Shown here piece after piece: positions 1-15,443 of a DNA stretch of 64,000 bases (the first letter of the stretch is position 1; each line of letters begins with the position of its first letter). The notes under the pieces are model-generated. The model had not been told where the DNA came from, did not search any database, and worked only from the letters and a program-made list of their open reading frames with translations. Source of the stretch: Eledone cirrhosa. Its lineage: Eukaryota. A program made the position numbers and the translations under genes. The stretch is from NCBI GenBank assembly GCA_964016885.1, contig OZ024743.1, forward strand, positions 12,152,001-12,216,000, in the 5' to 3' direction.

Positions 1-943
<943 letters not shown>

Positions 944-1216
944 TGTTGTATTCCTCTCGGTACTCGCAGAGAAAACAACGAGTTATATCAAATAATTTGT
1001 GTAATTTGCGAAACAACCAAAACGACCCTCTTCGCAGTAGCAGAATAACAAAGTAAATCTCATGGCATTCTGTGACCGAGTATTTAACACCAACGCTGAC
1101 CGACTGCCCAGGTCACGTGATTCATATGCAAATGTGTGAGCACGTGTAAATTGAATAGAAATTTAACAGTCCATACAACAATGAGGTTGTGAGCTCTATT
1201 CCCAGTACATACAACC
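944..1216 (-). repeat. 3' LTR of the Gypsy element
   Basis: Direct repeat of 4971-5247. The adjacent C-run at 1216-1228 is a polypurine tract on the minus strand. Confidence 0.93.
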
Positions 1217-1542
1217 CCCCCCCCCCCCACCGAAATTGATGCGACAAAAGAAGCATCAACAGCAAAGTCTCTCTGGGGGTTTACGAGTTCTCTTGGACCG
1301 TCTTCGATTGTCTGGTCCATACTCAGGAACGGGCAACAAGGTCTTGGGTCTGGTCTGTCTTGGAGTTAGTGGCACGATTTCCGAGATCTCCATCGGGTGA
1401 TCTGTTGCAAATTCAAAAACAGTGTCTACTGCATCACCAGGTTCATTGTCTTCCTCAGTAGTGTACCGCCGTTCCAGCTGTTCCCAGTGTCGTCACCACA
1501 CCGGGCCATGAGGTATGACCTTAACGTTGAAGCAGCGAGTAC

Positions 1543-2691
1543 CTAATGACTTCTTAATGATTGTTGGTACCCATCGGGATCTTTGTCTCGGCGAGGTCCG
1601 TAGTACAGTGCATACACAGGATCTCCAGCCTTGTACTGCCTGGTAACCTTAGCGACACCTGCCGAGTTCGGAGTCATCTGAGACTTATATGCTTCCTTAG
1701 ACTGCTTGCCTTGAGCGATGTGTGCTGGCGAGGGCAGCAGAGAATCAATCCTTGTCCGTATCTGCCGGTGATTCAAAAGTTCCTTCGGAGAGAATCCACT
1801 GGATGTCGGTGTTCTCCGGTACTGCATCAAGAACTCTTGAAGTGCTCGCTTCGGCGGAAGAGAAGTCTTCCTCGGAGCTTGTTTGAAGGTCTGCACCAAA
1901 CGTTCCGCTGCTCCGTTAGTAGCTGGGTGGTAAGGTGCCCCTGTCAGGTGCGTGATCCCACGTTCTTTGCACCAGCTCTGGAACTCCTCAGAAATAAAAG
2001 TTGGTGCGTTATTGGTGACTAGCGTGTGAGGAAATCCGAAGTGCGCAAAGTCTTCTTCAAGTAGATCTAAAGTGGCTCTGAAGGACGTGGATGACGTAGG
2101 ATGAATGCATGGATACTTGGAATAAGCATCCGTGATCACCAACCAATTACTGCCCATGAAATTTATTGCGTGGTCCAGGTGTAAGCGGCTCCACGGCTTT
2201 TCAGGTAACATCCATGGGTGAACTGGAGACTTGGATGGCTGGTTTTGATGTTCACCACACGAATCACATTGTCGACTGGTTTTCTCTATAGCAGCATCGA
2301 TACCAGGCCAATAAACAGCAGTTCTTGCCAATTGTTTCATGCGCTCCATGCCAAAGTGTCCGAGATGCAGAAGATTGAGGATCTTTGGCTGTAAGCTATG
2401 TGGAATCACAACTCTCGATCCATCGATAAGGCATCCGTGGCAGATACTGAGTGAATCCGATAACTTCCGGAACTTATTGACTTCGTCATTGATCTCAGTA
2501 TTCTTTGGTGGCCAGCCTTCACGGACGTAGCGTATCACTGGAGATATCACTGGATCTTTCCCTGACTCTTGACGAAGGACGTTAGAATCGATAGGTTGGA
2601 CTTGAAGACTGAGAGCTTTGATGGCGCACACCATGTCCATGTCTTCATCATTTTCCTTCCTGTCAAAGTCGATGTCATTACCAAATGGCAA
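1543..2691 (-). pseudogene. pol: pol: integrase
   Basis: HHCC zinc motif (LHLGHFG...CDSC), RLHLDH, LVTNN (second catalytic D apparently mutated to N), YHPATNGAAER. Confidence 0.93.
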
Positions 2692-2829
2692 GCGACTGAG
2701 GGCATCTGCATTGCCATGATTCGCTGTTTTCCGATATTCGATGGTGTAGTCAAACTGGTTCAGCCACAGGGCCCACCGTGCTAGTCGGTTAGCAGCGAGA
2801 AGTGGCGTCCCTTTCCTCGGACTGAACAG

Positions 2830-3186
2830 TTATGTCAGTGGCTTGTGGTCGGTTACGAGTATAAACTGATGTCCGTACAGATACTGATAGAACTTCTGCA
2901 AGCCAAATATGATGGCCAGGGCTTCCTTTTGAATTTGGCCGTAGTTACGCTGTGCAGAAGTAAGAGTCTTGGACACATTGGATATTGGGCGCTCGCTTCC
3001 ATCAGGATAGCGATGAAACAGGACTGCTCCAATACCAACGTTTGACGCGTCGCAAGCCAGTCCCAAAGTTTTGTTTGGATCGAAGTGTATCAGAACTCGA
3101 TCCGATGAAAGCACATTTTTCAACTGATCGAAAGCTGACTGTTCTTCATCTCCCACTTCCAAGTAGTCGTTTTTTTCGTAAGGCAA
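2830..3186 (-). pseudogene. pol: pol: RNase H domain
   Basis: LACDASNVGIGAVL, IQKEALAIIFG, LVTDHKPL followed by a premature stop. Confidence 0.92.
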
Positions 3187-4391
3187 TAGAGTGGCTCTGC
3201 CATGCTGGCCAGGTTTGGGATAAACTTTCCATAGAACTGAACTGAACCCAGGAAAGACTTCAAGCTTGAGACGTTCGTTGGAGGTGGCATCTTTAAAACT
3301 GCTTCGACCTTGGATCCCTTCGCAATCCCTTCAGCCGACAAGGTGTGTCCAAGGTATTCCACACTGGGTAGTGCAAACTGGCACTTGTCACAGCGACATC
3401 TGAGTCCTTTGTCGCACAGACGTGTGCGCAGACACTTTAGGTTGTTCAGGTGATCGTTTGCATCTTTCCCACTGACGAGCATGTCGTCCTGGAAGACGGC
3501 CACACCAGGTAGATCTTGAGTCAGGTTTTCCATGATCTGAAAGTAACCAGGTGCTGACTTGATTCCGAAAGGGAGTCGTGCCTGCAGGAGCACCCCACGG
3601 TGAGTGCTGAGTGCAAGCCTGTGTTGACTTTCTGGAGCCAGCTTGATCTGATTATAGGCATCAGCAAGATCAATCTTTGTGTATCCGAATCCACCTCCGA
3701 GCTTCTGCATCAGTTCCTCTGGGAGTGGCATTGGATGATGATGATCTGCAAGTTGGTCATTAATTCCCACAGAGTAGTCACCACAAATCCGTAGTTTGGG
3801 CTTCAGGTTGCCTGAAGTATGTGCTTTACGAATCGGTACCACTGGCGTTCCGTATTCGTTGAACTGTACTGGCTTCCAGATTCCTTTGGCGATGCCTTCT
3901 TCGTAACCTTTGGCCAGGTCATCACGAAGAGCAAACGGGACCGGGCGTGCCTTGTGAAAGACCGGTGTTGCGTCCGACTTGAACTTCACTTCCAGTTCGA
4001 AGTCATTAAGACATCCCAATTCTTGCTTGAAGAGATCTGGGAATTCATCACACATGTTGTGACAATCTCGTTGCATGGAAATATAGGGCTCATTTGAGGT
4101 CTTTGGATGCATCACTTCTGCACCCTCACTCTTGGCTTGGCTGTCTATGATTTTCAATCCTAGAGCATTGTCCACGGAAATTCCCAGAGTCTGGATAGCG
4201 TTTCGTCCCAGCAAATTAAGATCAGGGATCTTGGTGACGATGTAGGGTATTGAATTCCGTTTACCGGTCGTTGGATCCTTGGTTTGGCCCATGAAAGTTC
4301 CCAAAACGGGCAGGTCGTACTTGCTGGCAGATTCAAACCGATGTTTGACATCTTGCAGCTTCGGTTTTCCTAATTGTTTCCAAACTGACAA
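3120..4391 (-). pseudogene. pol: pol: protease C-terminal part plus reverse transcriptase
   Basis: NLLGRN (protease C-terminus), LRICGDY, KIDLADAYNQI, RLPFGIKSAP, FQDD (YxDD equivalent), VEYLGH, SFLGSVQFYGKFIPN. Frameshifted into RNase H near 3180. Confidence 0.93.
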
Positions 4392-4890
4392 GGAAACAAA
4401 ATTGCCCCAAGGATCGCCTTGACTAGCTCAGCTTTCGTGATTCTTTTCACGTAATTCTGTGAGCGATGATTACGTTGCTGATGTTGTTTCTTTCTACACA
4501 CCGCTTGCAAATGTCTCTTTTTGTCACAAAAATGACATTTGGCTTCTTTGAAGGGGCAGTCTGTCGCTTTGTGGGCCTTTCCACATCGGTAGCACATCTC
4601 CTGGTCTGTGGAATAAGACTGCTGATAGTTCTTTCGAGGACCCTTGTTCTTGTTCTGCTGGACCTTGTAGACTTGCTTGGTTTGGGAACCGTAAACAGTT
4701 TCCTTGGCAACCTTTGCTGCGTCTTCGGTCCCGATGGCAACTTTGACAGCACGGGCGAAATCTAGTTCTGTATCCTTGATCTTGAAAATAGCCTTCAACA
4801 CAGCTTCATTATTGACAGAACATATAAATCTCTGTCTTAGAGCTTCATCTTGTGGATTTGTGATCGAAGGAAAATCACAGGTAGCTACAT
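4370..4890 (-). pseudogene. gag: gag remnant with two zinc knuckles, N-terminally deleted
   Basis: CYRCGKAHKATDC and CHFCDKKRHLQAVC knuckles. The ORF-track start at 5005 lies inside the LTR and is spurious. Confidence 0.85.
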
Positions 4891-4942
4891 CCTGACGTAT
4901 ACAATATAGGCAATTTAGGTAAATCCTATCGGCAATGTAGGT

Positions 4943-4962
4943 AAATCCTATCGGCGACGCCA
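4943..4962 (-). promoter_or_regulatory. Primer-binding site (tRNA 3'-end complement, possibly tRNA-Ser)
   Basis: Minus strand TGGCGTCGCCGATAGGATTT, 8 nt inside the 5' LTR. The plus strand reads like a tRNA 3' end (AAATCCTATCGGCGACG-CCA). The tRNA identity is inferred. Confidence 0.7.
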
Positions 4963-4970
4963 ATAAACTC

Positions 4971-5247
4971 TGTTGTATTCCTCTCGGTACTCGCAGAGAA
5001 AACACAACAAGTTATATCAAATAATTTGTGTAATTTGCGAAACAACCAAACCGCCCCCTCCTCGTAGCAGCAGAATAACATGAAGTAAATCAGTGGCATT
5101 CTATGACGGAGTTTTTAACACCAAAGCTGACCGACTGCCCAGGTCACGTGATTCATATGCAAATGTGTGAGCACGTGTAAATTGAATAGAAATTTAACAG
5201 TCCATACAACAATGAGGTTGAGAGCTCGATTCCCAGTCCATACAACA
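4971..5247 (-). repeat. 5' LTR of the Gypsy element
   Basis: TGTTGTA...TACAACA; direct repeat of 944-1216. Confidence 0.93.
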
Positions 5248-5280
5248 CATATATATATACATATATATATGTATACATAT

Positions 5281-5361
<81 letters not shown>

Positions 5362-5381
5362 TATGTATATATAAATATATG

Positions 5382-5414
<33 letters not shown>

Positions 5415-5417
5415 CTG

Positions 5418-5451
<34 letters not shown>

Positions 5452-5473
5452 TGTGTGTATATATATATATGTG

Positions 5474-5622
<149 letters not shown>

Positions 5623-5632
5623 GTATATATAT

Positions 5633-5674
<42 letters not shown>

Positions 5675-5679
5675 GTATA

Positions 5680-6040
5680 TATAAAGAAAAAGAGATGAAA
5701 TCGAAAATGCAACTGGAGTCTTATTTTTTTTTAAAATATATATATTTATTTGGTTCCTTTACCGGTTTCGCAGTTCTTCTGCTTTTCAAAAGGTGAGTTG
5801 AGATGGAGGCTCTGTGGTTTTTCTCACATATGAGAAAAACTACAGACCCTCCATCTCAACTCACCTTTTGAAAAGCAGAAGAACTGCGAAACCGGTAAAG
5901 GAACCAAATAAATATATATATTTAAAAAAAAAATAAGACTCCAGTTGCATTTTCGATTTCATCTCTTTTTCTTTATACTTTCACTCGTGTAGGACACCTC
6001 GGTTATTTTTCAATTTGTAAAAAAAACCTCACTTTCTAAT
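5680..6040 (+). mobile_element. Fold-back element with hammerhead (PLE pseudo-LTR type): ~147-bp inverted arms plus 3' tail, family A copy 1
   Basis: 5680-5826 is the near-perfect reverse complement of 5831-5977. An unpaired tail runs 5978-6040. (TA)n on both sides. Confidence 0.8.
5864..5901 (+). ncRNA. Minimal type I hammerhead, U3-A8 core variant (mirror copy 5756-5793 on minus)
   Basis: cctt-TTGAAAA-gcag(aagaa)ctgc-GAAA-ccgg-TA-aagg; palindromic stem III ACCGGT. Confidence 0.65.
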
Positions 6041-6043
6041 ATG

Positions 6044-6078
<35 letters not shown>

Positions 6079-6117
6079 GTATATATATGTATATATATAT
6101 ATATATGTATATATATG

Positions 6118-6170
<53 letters not shown>

Positions 6171-6171
6171 G

Positions 6172-6202
<31 letters not shown>

Positions 6203-6233
6203 GTATATATATGTATATATATTTATACATATA

Positions 6234-6275
<42 letters not shown>

Positions 6276-6281
6276 TATATG

Positions 6282-6367
<86 letters not shown>

Positions 6368-7318
6368 CATATATATATACATATATATATATACATATAT
6401 ATATATACATTCTATACCACACAAATGTCTGTAAGTACCTCATCAACCCATTAACTTATTTCTTCTCAGTTGCTGTCATCACATGATCCTAAATCCAAGA
6501 ACATTTCAAAATACTACTACAATAGAACTTTACCTTTCTCTTTCCATAATTATAGTCAACATGTTTTATCTTTGTATGTATGTATTTGTACGAGTGTGTA
6601 TGGATGTGTATGTATATGTTTGTGTGCACATGCGTGTGTATATATATATGTGTATATATATATACATATGTATATATATTACCTCCTTAAGCTCTGTATT
6701 AACTTGCCCATTATTTAGCTTTGACAGTGTTGTCCTATACATGTATGTTATTGAGGATGGAAAGGAAAGACAGAACTCTCATCTAATTTAGACCACACAA
6801 ATTCTACTACAGTGATAAATGCTTCATCGGTCAGATAAAAACTGAATATTACGGCCACCTGACCTACATTGTTTATAAACACCAGCTTATCTTTACACTT
6901 GATATAATACACCCTACGACACTATTTACATGTCAATTTTATACATCTGCTTCATGTCAGCTAGTTTTACACGCTAAAATCTTAGATATACTATACCCCC
7001 CACCTAGTATGATGTTGTGATCATCTCAAATAATTTATTGATAGCATTGTTGATATAGTTGTTATTGTTCTAACTGAATGCCATTACTACTTCATATAGT
7101 AGCCTGTATATTCCTTTCATGCCTGTATTTTCTCTTTATTCTCGCAAGCTCCGAAGAACTGACTGGTTTGTATTGGTGATCGAGTAACGTGAAAACTAGC
7201 GGATAGCGATCTCTAGACCTACCAATTCAGAGAAACAATTGGCAGCAATGAGATTAAATACCTTTTTTGTATAGCAAACCGTGTCAATCTTCTTTCCTGA
7301 TTTATATATATATACATA

Positions 7319-7913
<595 letters not shown>

Positions 7914-7949
7914 TATATATATATGTATATATATATATGTATATATATA

Positions 7950-8645
7950 TGACGGTAACATAGACAACATAGAAATTAGAATATCTAAACATAGGAATGA
8001 CTCAGCAGATAGGCAAATCAGAGAGGCCAGTGAAATAGAAATTAGAAGACCAAAGCTAAACAGAAAGAATGAGTGGAACAACAACAACACCCAAACAAAC
8101 AACACTGACCTAAGAGAAGTATAAATAAGTAAATAAAATAAAATAAAATAAGATAAATAAATACATACACAAGCACAATAACATCAAGCACATAAACACA
8201 CACTAGTCACCCAGCAAACACAACACTATACACACTAGTCACACAACAAACATAACACTATACACACACGCAAACGCATACGCAAAGAAGACAAAATAAA
8301 ATAAACAAACAAGCAAATAAATAAATAAATATATAGACAGACTGAATAAAAAATGGCGTAGACATACAACACAACAGGAGGAAAAAATATAACACCACTG
8401 ACGATGTTGCAGATGTGCAACGAAAGATTTATGTAAATTATGTAAACTATATATATGTGTTTGTGTCTATATTGTATCTGTATTATTTTTGACCGTCGGT
8501 CAGTCAATGGCAACATTGAGGACCGAGTAAGTTAGATCGCAGATATAAAAGACAGCGAGAAGCGAAAACCAACCAAACAGTGAGTGTGTTCTGTTATTAA
8601 TTCTGGCAATATTACACAAATATGACCCTCCCCAAGTATAACAAT
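7950..8645 (+). mobile_element. 5'-truncated Penelope-like element 3' end (GIY-YIG C-terminus plus pseudo-LTR with hammerhead)
   Basis: RQIREASEIEIRRPKLNRKNE resembles the R..E...I...P.LN end of PLE GIY-YIG endonucleases. HHR at 8393-8436. The terminus atgaccctcccaa(a)gtataacaat is shared with the 21738-22286 element. Confidence 0.7.
8393..8436 (+). ncRNA. Minimal hammerhead ribozyme motif
   Basis: ca-CTGACGA-t-gttgca(gatg)tgcaac-GAAA-gatt-TA-tg; strong stem II, weak stem I. Confidence 0.6.
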
Positions 8646-8648
8646 ATG

Positions 8649-8796
<148 letters not shown>

Positions 8797-8859
8797 AAAA
8801 AGGATCGATCAACTTTCGTCAAATCGGACCGAGGAAACAATGTTTCCGTTGGTCTTTCC

Positions 8860-9018
8860 AGTTGCTAATACTATCTATCGGTCGCAACTCCAGGTAGAAG
8901 GAGCAACGTGAAATAAAGTGTCTTGCTCAAGGACATAACGCATCGCCCGGTCCAGGAATCGAACTCACAACCTCAAGATTGTGAATCAAATTCTCTAACC
9001 ACTCAGCCACACGCCTTC
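8860..9018 (-). mobile_element. tRNA-derived SINE, family 2 (related copies at about 11215-11400 minus, 34885-35165 plus, 45262-45600)
   Basis: Minus strand has an A box (TGGCTGAGTGG) and a B box (GAGTTCGATTCC), followed by TGTCCTTGAGCAAGACACTTT, seen in the other copies. Confidence 0.75.
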
Positions 9019-9273
9019 ATATATATATATATGTATATATATATGTATATGTATATATATGTATATATATATGTATATGTATATATATGTATATATATAT
9101 GTATATGTATATATATGTATATATATATGTATATGTATATATATGTATATATATATGTATATATATATATATGTATATATATATGTATATATATATATGT
9201 ATATATATATGTGTATATATATATATATATATACATATGAATACATATATATATATATATACATATATATACA

Positions 9274-9309
<36 letters not shown>

Positions 9310-9377
9310 CATATATATACATATTTATATATATACATATATATATATTATACATATATATATATAGATATATATAC

Positions 9378-9444
<67 letters not shown>

Positions 9445-9503
9445 CATATATATATATACATATATATATATACATATATATATATATACATATATATATA
9501 TAC

Positions 9504-9534
<31 letters not shown>

Positions 9535-9560
9535 CATATACATATATATATATACATATA

Positions 9561-9941
9561 TATAAAGAAAAAGATATGAAATCGAAAATGCAACTGGAGT
9601 CTTATTTTTTTTTTAAATATATATATTTATTTGGTTCCTTTACCGGTTTCGCAGTTCTTCTGCTTTTCAAAAGGTGAGTTGAGATGGAGGGTCTGTGGTT
9701 TTTCTCACATCTCACATCTCACATCTCAGATGTGAGAAAAACCACAGACCCTCCATCTCAACTCACCTTTTGAAAAGCAGAAGAACTGCGAAACCGGTAA
9801 AGGAACCAAATAAATGTATATATTTTTAAAAAAATAAGACTCCAGTTGCATTTTCGATTTCAACTGTTTTTCTTTATACTTTCACTTGTGTAGGACACCT
9901 CGGTTTTTTTTCATTTTGTAAAAAAAACCTCACTTTCTAAT
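9561..9941 (+). mobile_element. Fold-back hammerhead element, family A copy 2 (HHR 9766-9803)
   Basis: Same arms and tail as 5680-6040. The centre is expanded to (tctcaca)x3. Confidence 0.8.
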
Positions 9942-9995
9942 ACATATATATATATATACATATATATACATATATATATATACATATATATATAT

Positions 9996-10084
<89 letters not shown>

Positions 10085-10097
10085 CATATATATATAC

Positions 10098-10128
<31 letters not shown>

Positions 10129-10129
10129 C

Positions 10130-10219
<90 letters not shown>

Positions 10220-12909
10220 ACGAGATTTTGTGCTTGCGTATCAATCTGTGTATAAGCATGCATGCATGTGTGGATTGTGCGTGGGTCTATGCATTTATAT
10301 GGATATGTATGTGTATACATATTTATGTTAATATTTGTGAGGTTACAACTGTGTGATTATGTATACGAAAGTACGAAGCCCATGAGTATACAACTCTATA
10401 ATGTATTTAACTGGGCTTAAAGACGTAGTATTCGTTAATAATTTCTCATTAAATGTTTATAAATGGCGCCAGAAGTAGCATAATATTAAACGATAAGCTA
10501 TATGGAGATGCATTCAAATTACACAATATACAATTCATTGAGAGCATCAGTGCTTGTTGGATAATGGATGGTAAATTTAATATTGTGTGATTGACTTAAT
10601 CCGTCGCCAGCTTTAAAGCCATTACTAGACATTTGAGTTCCTTTAGTCGAGTTCATTTTGTTGCAAGTATTCGGGTCAATTCTTTTGTATCGTTGTTACC
10701 TTCCCACCTTCCTATCATCTGACCCTATCATTTCCTTCGTTGACTATATCAAAACAAAAAGGATATCCTGTGTATAAAAGACATTTTTATATGTGTTGGC
10801 TTCCTTTTAATGATTCTCTAGGCAATTTTCTTTAGCTACGTAGCTTTTCCAACACTCTTTTCGCTGTAGACGTTTTGGAATCAGTATTCAAAGATAAACA
10901 TTATTGATTTATTACATTAGCAGAAGGTCACAAATCATTATGGCAAGGTTTACTCGATTTAATGAATCTCAGTACATATATGATACTAATTGTATCGATT
11001 TTGTAAGGCTGAAAGACTATGATTACTTACCTGATTTTGAAAAATCTTAACAAAGAGAGATTTTTGGACAGTTTCTGTCACTCTACCACAATTTGTTAAG
11101 ATAGATCGGATTGACATATACGATTTTGACAGTTGAGAAACGAGCTAAATTCTTCACAGCAGTAATACCATTGTCGTTTAGGATGCATACCTCATTAAAA
11201 AAGAAACCGAAAGCCTGTTTCGAGCTCGGACTCAGTTTCCTGGCGTGAAGCGAGAGAGTGTACAATACTTCTCTTGAACAGGACGCCAGTACATCGCAGG
11301 GTTAAATCTCCAGCTATTGCTGGTACTCATATTAAGCTGAGTATACTGAAGCAACGTGAAATGAAGGGTTTTGCTCAAGTTCACAACACAGCCCAGTTAA
11401 GGAAATATAACCTGAGACATCATTCACCTCATCCACGGGTTTTCATTCACAGGTTATCTAGTCAGGTGAATTGAGTAATTCTATGAAAGATAACTAGACA
11501 TTTTGAAAGGTTAATAAAGGATAAACCAATCCAACACTTCTTAGGAAAGATTTAACTTGCCTGACTCCTTTAAGGAACCCCAATACCACGAACGTCTGAT
11601 GGTTGGACGACAACGCCTACTTCATGCACCGCTACATTGCTGTATTTAATTGTACATTTTATATTTTAAGCTGCATCCCGTGGGTTAAACTTAGGTATTC
11701 ATTCTTCTGGGATTGATAAAAATAAGTACTACTCATATAATTAGATCTTTAATCTTGACTATACCCTAAGCACCAATGCTAGCTCAATGTAATTCCTTAA
11801 CTTCTTCAATTAACCTATGTACAACGTTTCGTATTGCTATGTCGATAATTAAATTATTGTAATGAAAAATATCAACCTAATACGTGATATCTGGCAATCT
11901 CTTTATGTTAAATATTCGTAATATTTTCACATTGTTCCTTCCTAAGGTATGTTGACGCTTCTGCCATTCTTATGATTACAGATAACAAAATGGTGATGGA
12001 TTCGCAAAACCGCTCGAACATCTGACACAATACTTTGTGGAATTTAGTCATGGTTCTTTACGTTCAAAGCCCTTTGAAGACACCTTTGTCTTTCATCTTT
12101 CCAAGGTCGATAAAATAAAGTACAAGTCAACCATTGAGAATTTTACAACCAACTTTCTCTTCTCACAAGCTTTGTCGTAGGGAGCTGTCGTTACATTCAC
12201 CTTGTCTTGCGAAATATTTAAAACCTGGTGGAGCCCATTCCCTTTCCAGGTATAAATAAACCAATTTCTTCTGGAGGAGGGGAAGGAGTAATAGAGATGA
12301 AGTGAGAAAGAGATATTGCACAGAACGGATATTTTTTCATCGACCACGTAAGGCAAAGTTGACCTTGGATGCATTTGAATTCAAAGTGCAGAAGCTGGAA
12401 CTAATACCGCAAAGCTTTCCACCTGTCGTTCTAATGACTCTTCCAACTCTCCGCCTACACGAGTCAAGCACTGAAGTCAATCCAATTAACTTCTCTATAC
12501 CGCACCACACACAACCGAATACACACACACATACATATACACACATATACACACACACATACACACACACATACACACACCCGTACACACAAACACACTC
12601 ATTACATCGCTAACGTTTTGAGAAGGTAATGAACAACATATATAATCAGATAATCTTCATCTACACATTTAAAACCTTGCATCTATGAAAGAAATCAATG
12701 CTATTTGTAGCGGTGAAGTGCAGTATTCTAAGAAATCCTTCCTCTTTCATTTATTATTGGTGATATTCAACATAGCGTTCAGCATCGGTCATTAGCCGGG
12801 TACCGAAACTAGTTGAGACGTTATTCATAATCTAGAATATTCCTAAGCATCACAAAACTACTGTATTTTCAAAGACTGGATGTGGGAATGTATGCATAAT
12901 ATATATATA

Positions 12910-13464
12910 TACCGATCCATCTTTTACCGACACAAAGTTAAACTAGGATACTCCTGCGCTAAGAGCATGAAGGCCCACATCACCAGCAGCCCTGGGAGCA
13001 ACACCCCACCAGGGTGCTCTTGCCGTAAGCCTGAAGCTTGCCCCCTTCAACAGCAATGCAACACACCAGCTGTAATTTATGAAGCTGTGGTCATTTCCAA
13101 CCGACCAAACGAACCACAGGAGGTCAAATCCTATGTGGGCATGGCGGAGGGCCAATTTAAGGAACGTTTCCTGAACCACCAGTCTACCTTCAAGTACCCG
13201 GACAGACGTTCATCCACGAAACTCACGAGCCACGTATGGTCCCTCAAGGACTCAAGTATAGATTACTCCATTCAATGGAAAGTCATCACTAAGTCCAATC
13301 CATACGCAAGGGGAAATCCGACGTGTGGCTTATGTATTGACGAACGAATAACTATTCTAAAGAGATTACGCAATAGTGATTGCCTAAACACGAGAAATGA
13401 ATTTTTCACACGTTGTCCACACGTCGCCAAACACCTATTGCATAACTACAAGGCTCCGGACTGA
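12910..13464 (+). pseudogene. Penelope-like element GIY-YIG endonuclease with Cys-rich linker (5'-truncated ORF)
   Basis: CSCRKPEACPLQQQC, VIYEA...SYVGMAEGQFKERFLNH, CGLCIDE...LNTRNE...CPH. The upstream Met at 12880 lies in flanking sequence. Confidence 0.9.
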
Positions 13465-13694
13465 TTCTTTGTAATTTTATTTTCAACCTAAAAACTTTTC
13501 GGACTTTCGCAGTTATCTCCCTTACACCTCTCGCATGCAGTCTAGTATTGCCTGTGTGAAGTGACCGGGTTTCAGCGCATGCGCGTTTGTACGGTTGTCC
13601 TTCCTGTTTCTATAACCATGCCCATTCCGAGCTGAGGATCCGCTAAGGTGAAACAATTGTTCTCAGTATGGTGAACTAACTGATGTGTAACCAC

Positions 13695-13759
<65 letters not shown>

Positions 13760-13980
13760 CAACATGAATGGACCTGTTATTTTTATCTAAAGACATTTTT
13801 CCAATTCCAACCCGCCCTTCTCTTCAATCTATCTTATTTCTCATTCTCTCATTCTTTCTTCTGATGAAGGACTAGCGCCCTAAACGTTAGGACCCTCTTC
13901 TTGCTATTTCACGCGGTAACCTAATATATTCCTTCCATAAACTGTACCGACTGTGTTGTTATTTCTGTTTACCTTTTACA
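12910..13980 (+). mobile_element. Penelope-like retroelement 3' part with pseudo-LTR
   Basis: GIY-YIG ORF, then a degenerate HHR at 13855-13893 (CTGATGA-aggactagcgccc-TAAA-cgt-TA). The terminal ~70 bp recur at 14095-14175 (+) and 24085-24152 (-). Confidence 0.8.
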
Positions 13981-14007
13981 TACACACACACACATATATA
14001 TATATAT

Positions 14008-14052
<45 letters not shown>

Positions 14053-14193
14053 ATATATATATATATTATGCATACATTGCCACATCATCTGCTATTCCAA
14101 GCGTTAAACTAATATATTTCTTCCATGTACTGTGCCGTCTCTTTTGTTATTTTTGTTGTTTCTGTTTACCTGTTACACACACACACACACACA

Positions 14194-15362
<1,169 letters not shown>

Positions 15363-15443
15363 AAAGTCATGAAAAAAAATATGGAGAAAAATGACAAAAA
15401 AGTGTTAACTTCACACTTGTATAAAATGGATACACACACATAT

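Larger units (their letters stand above)
944..5247 (-). mobile_element. Ty3/Gypsy LTR retrotransposon, Mag-like, both LTRs present but decayed
   Basis: Two ~275-bp direct LTRs (944-1216, 4971-5247) with TGTTGTA...TACAACA termini. CATAT on both flanks (939-943, 5248-5252) is a 5-bp TSD. PBS and a G-run PPT lie on the minus strand. Domain order is gag-PR-RT-RH-IN. Confidence 0.95.

Noticed and set aside
7145-7210. Possible hammerhead variant CCGAAGA...GAAA in the 6420-7300 block
   Set aside because: Stem II and the cleavage triplet could not be paired convincingly.
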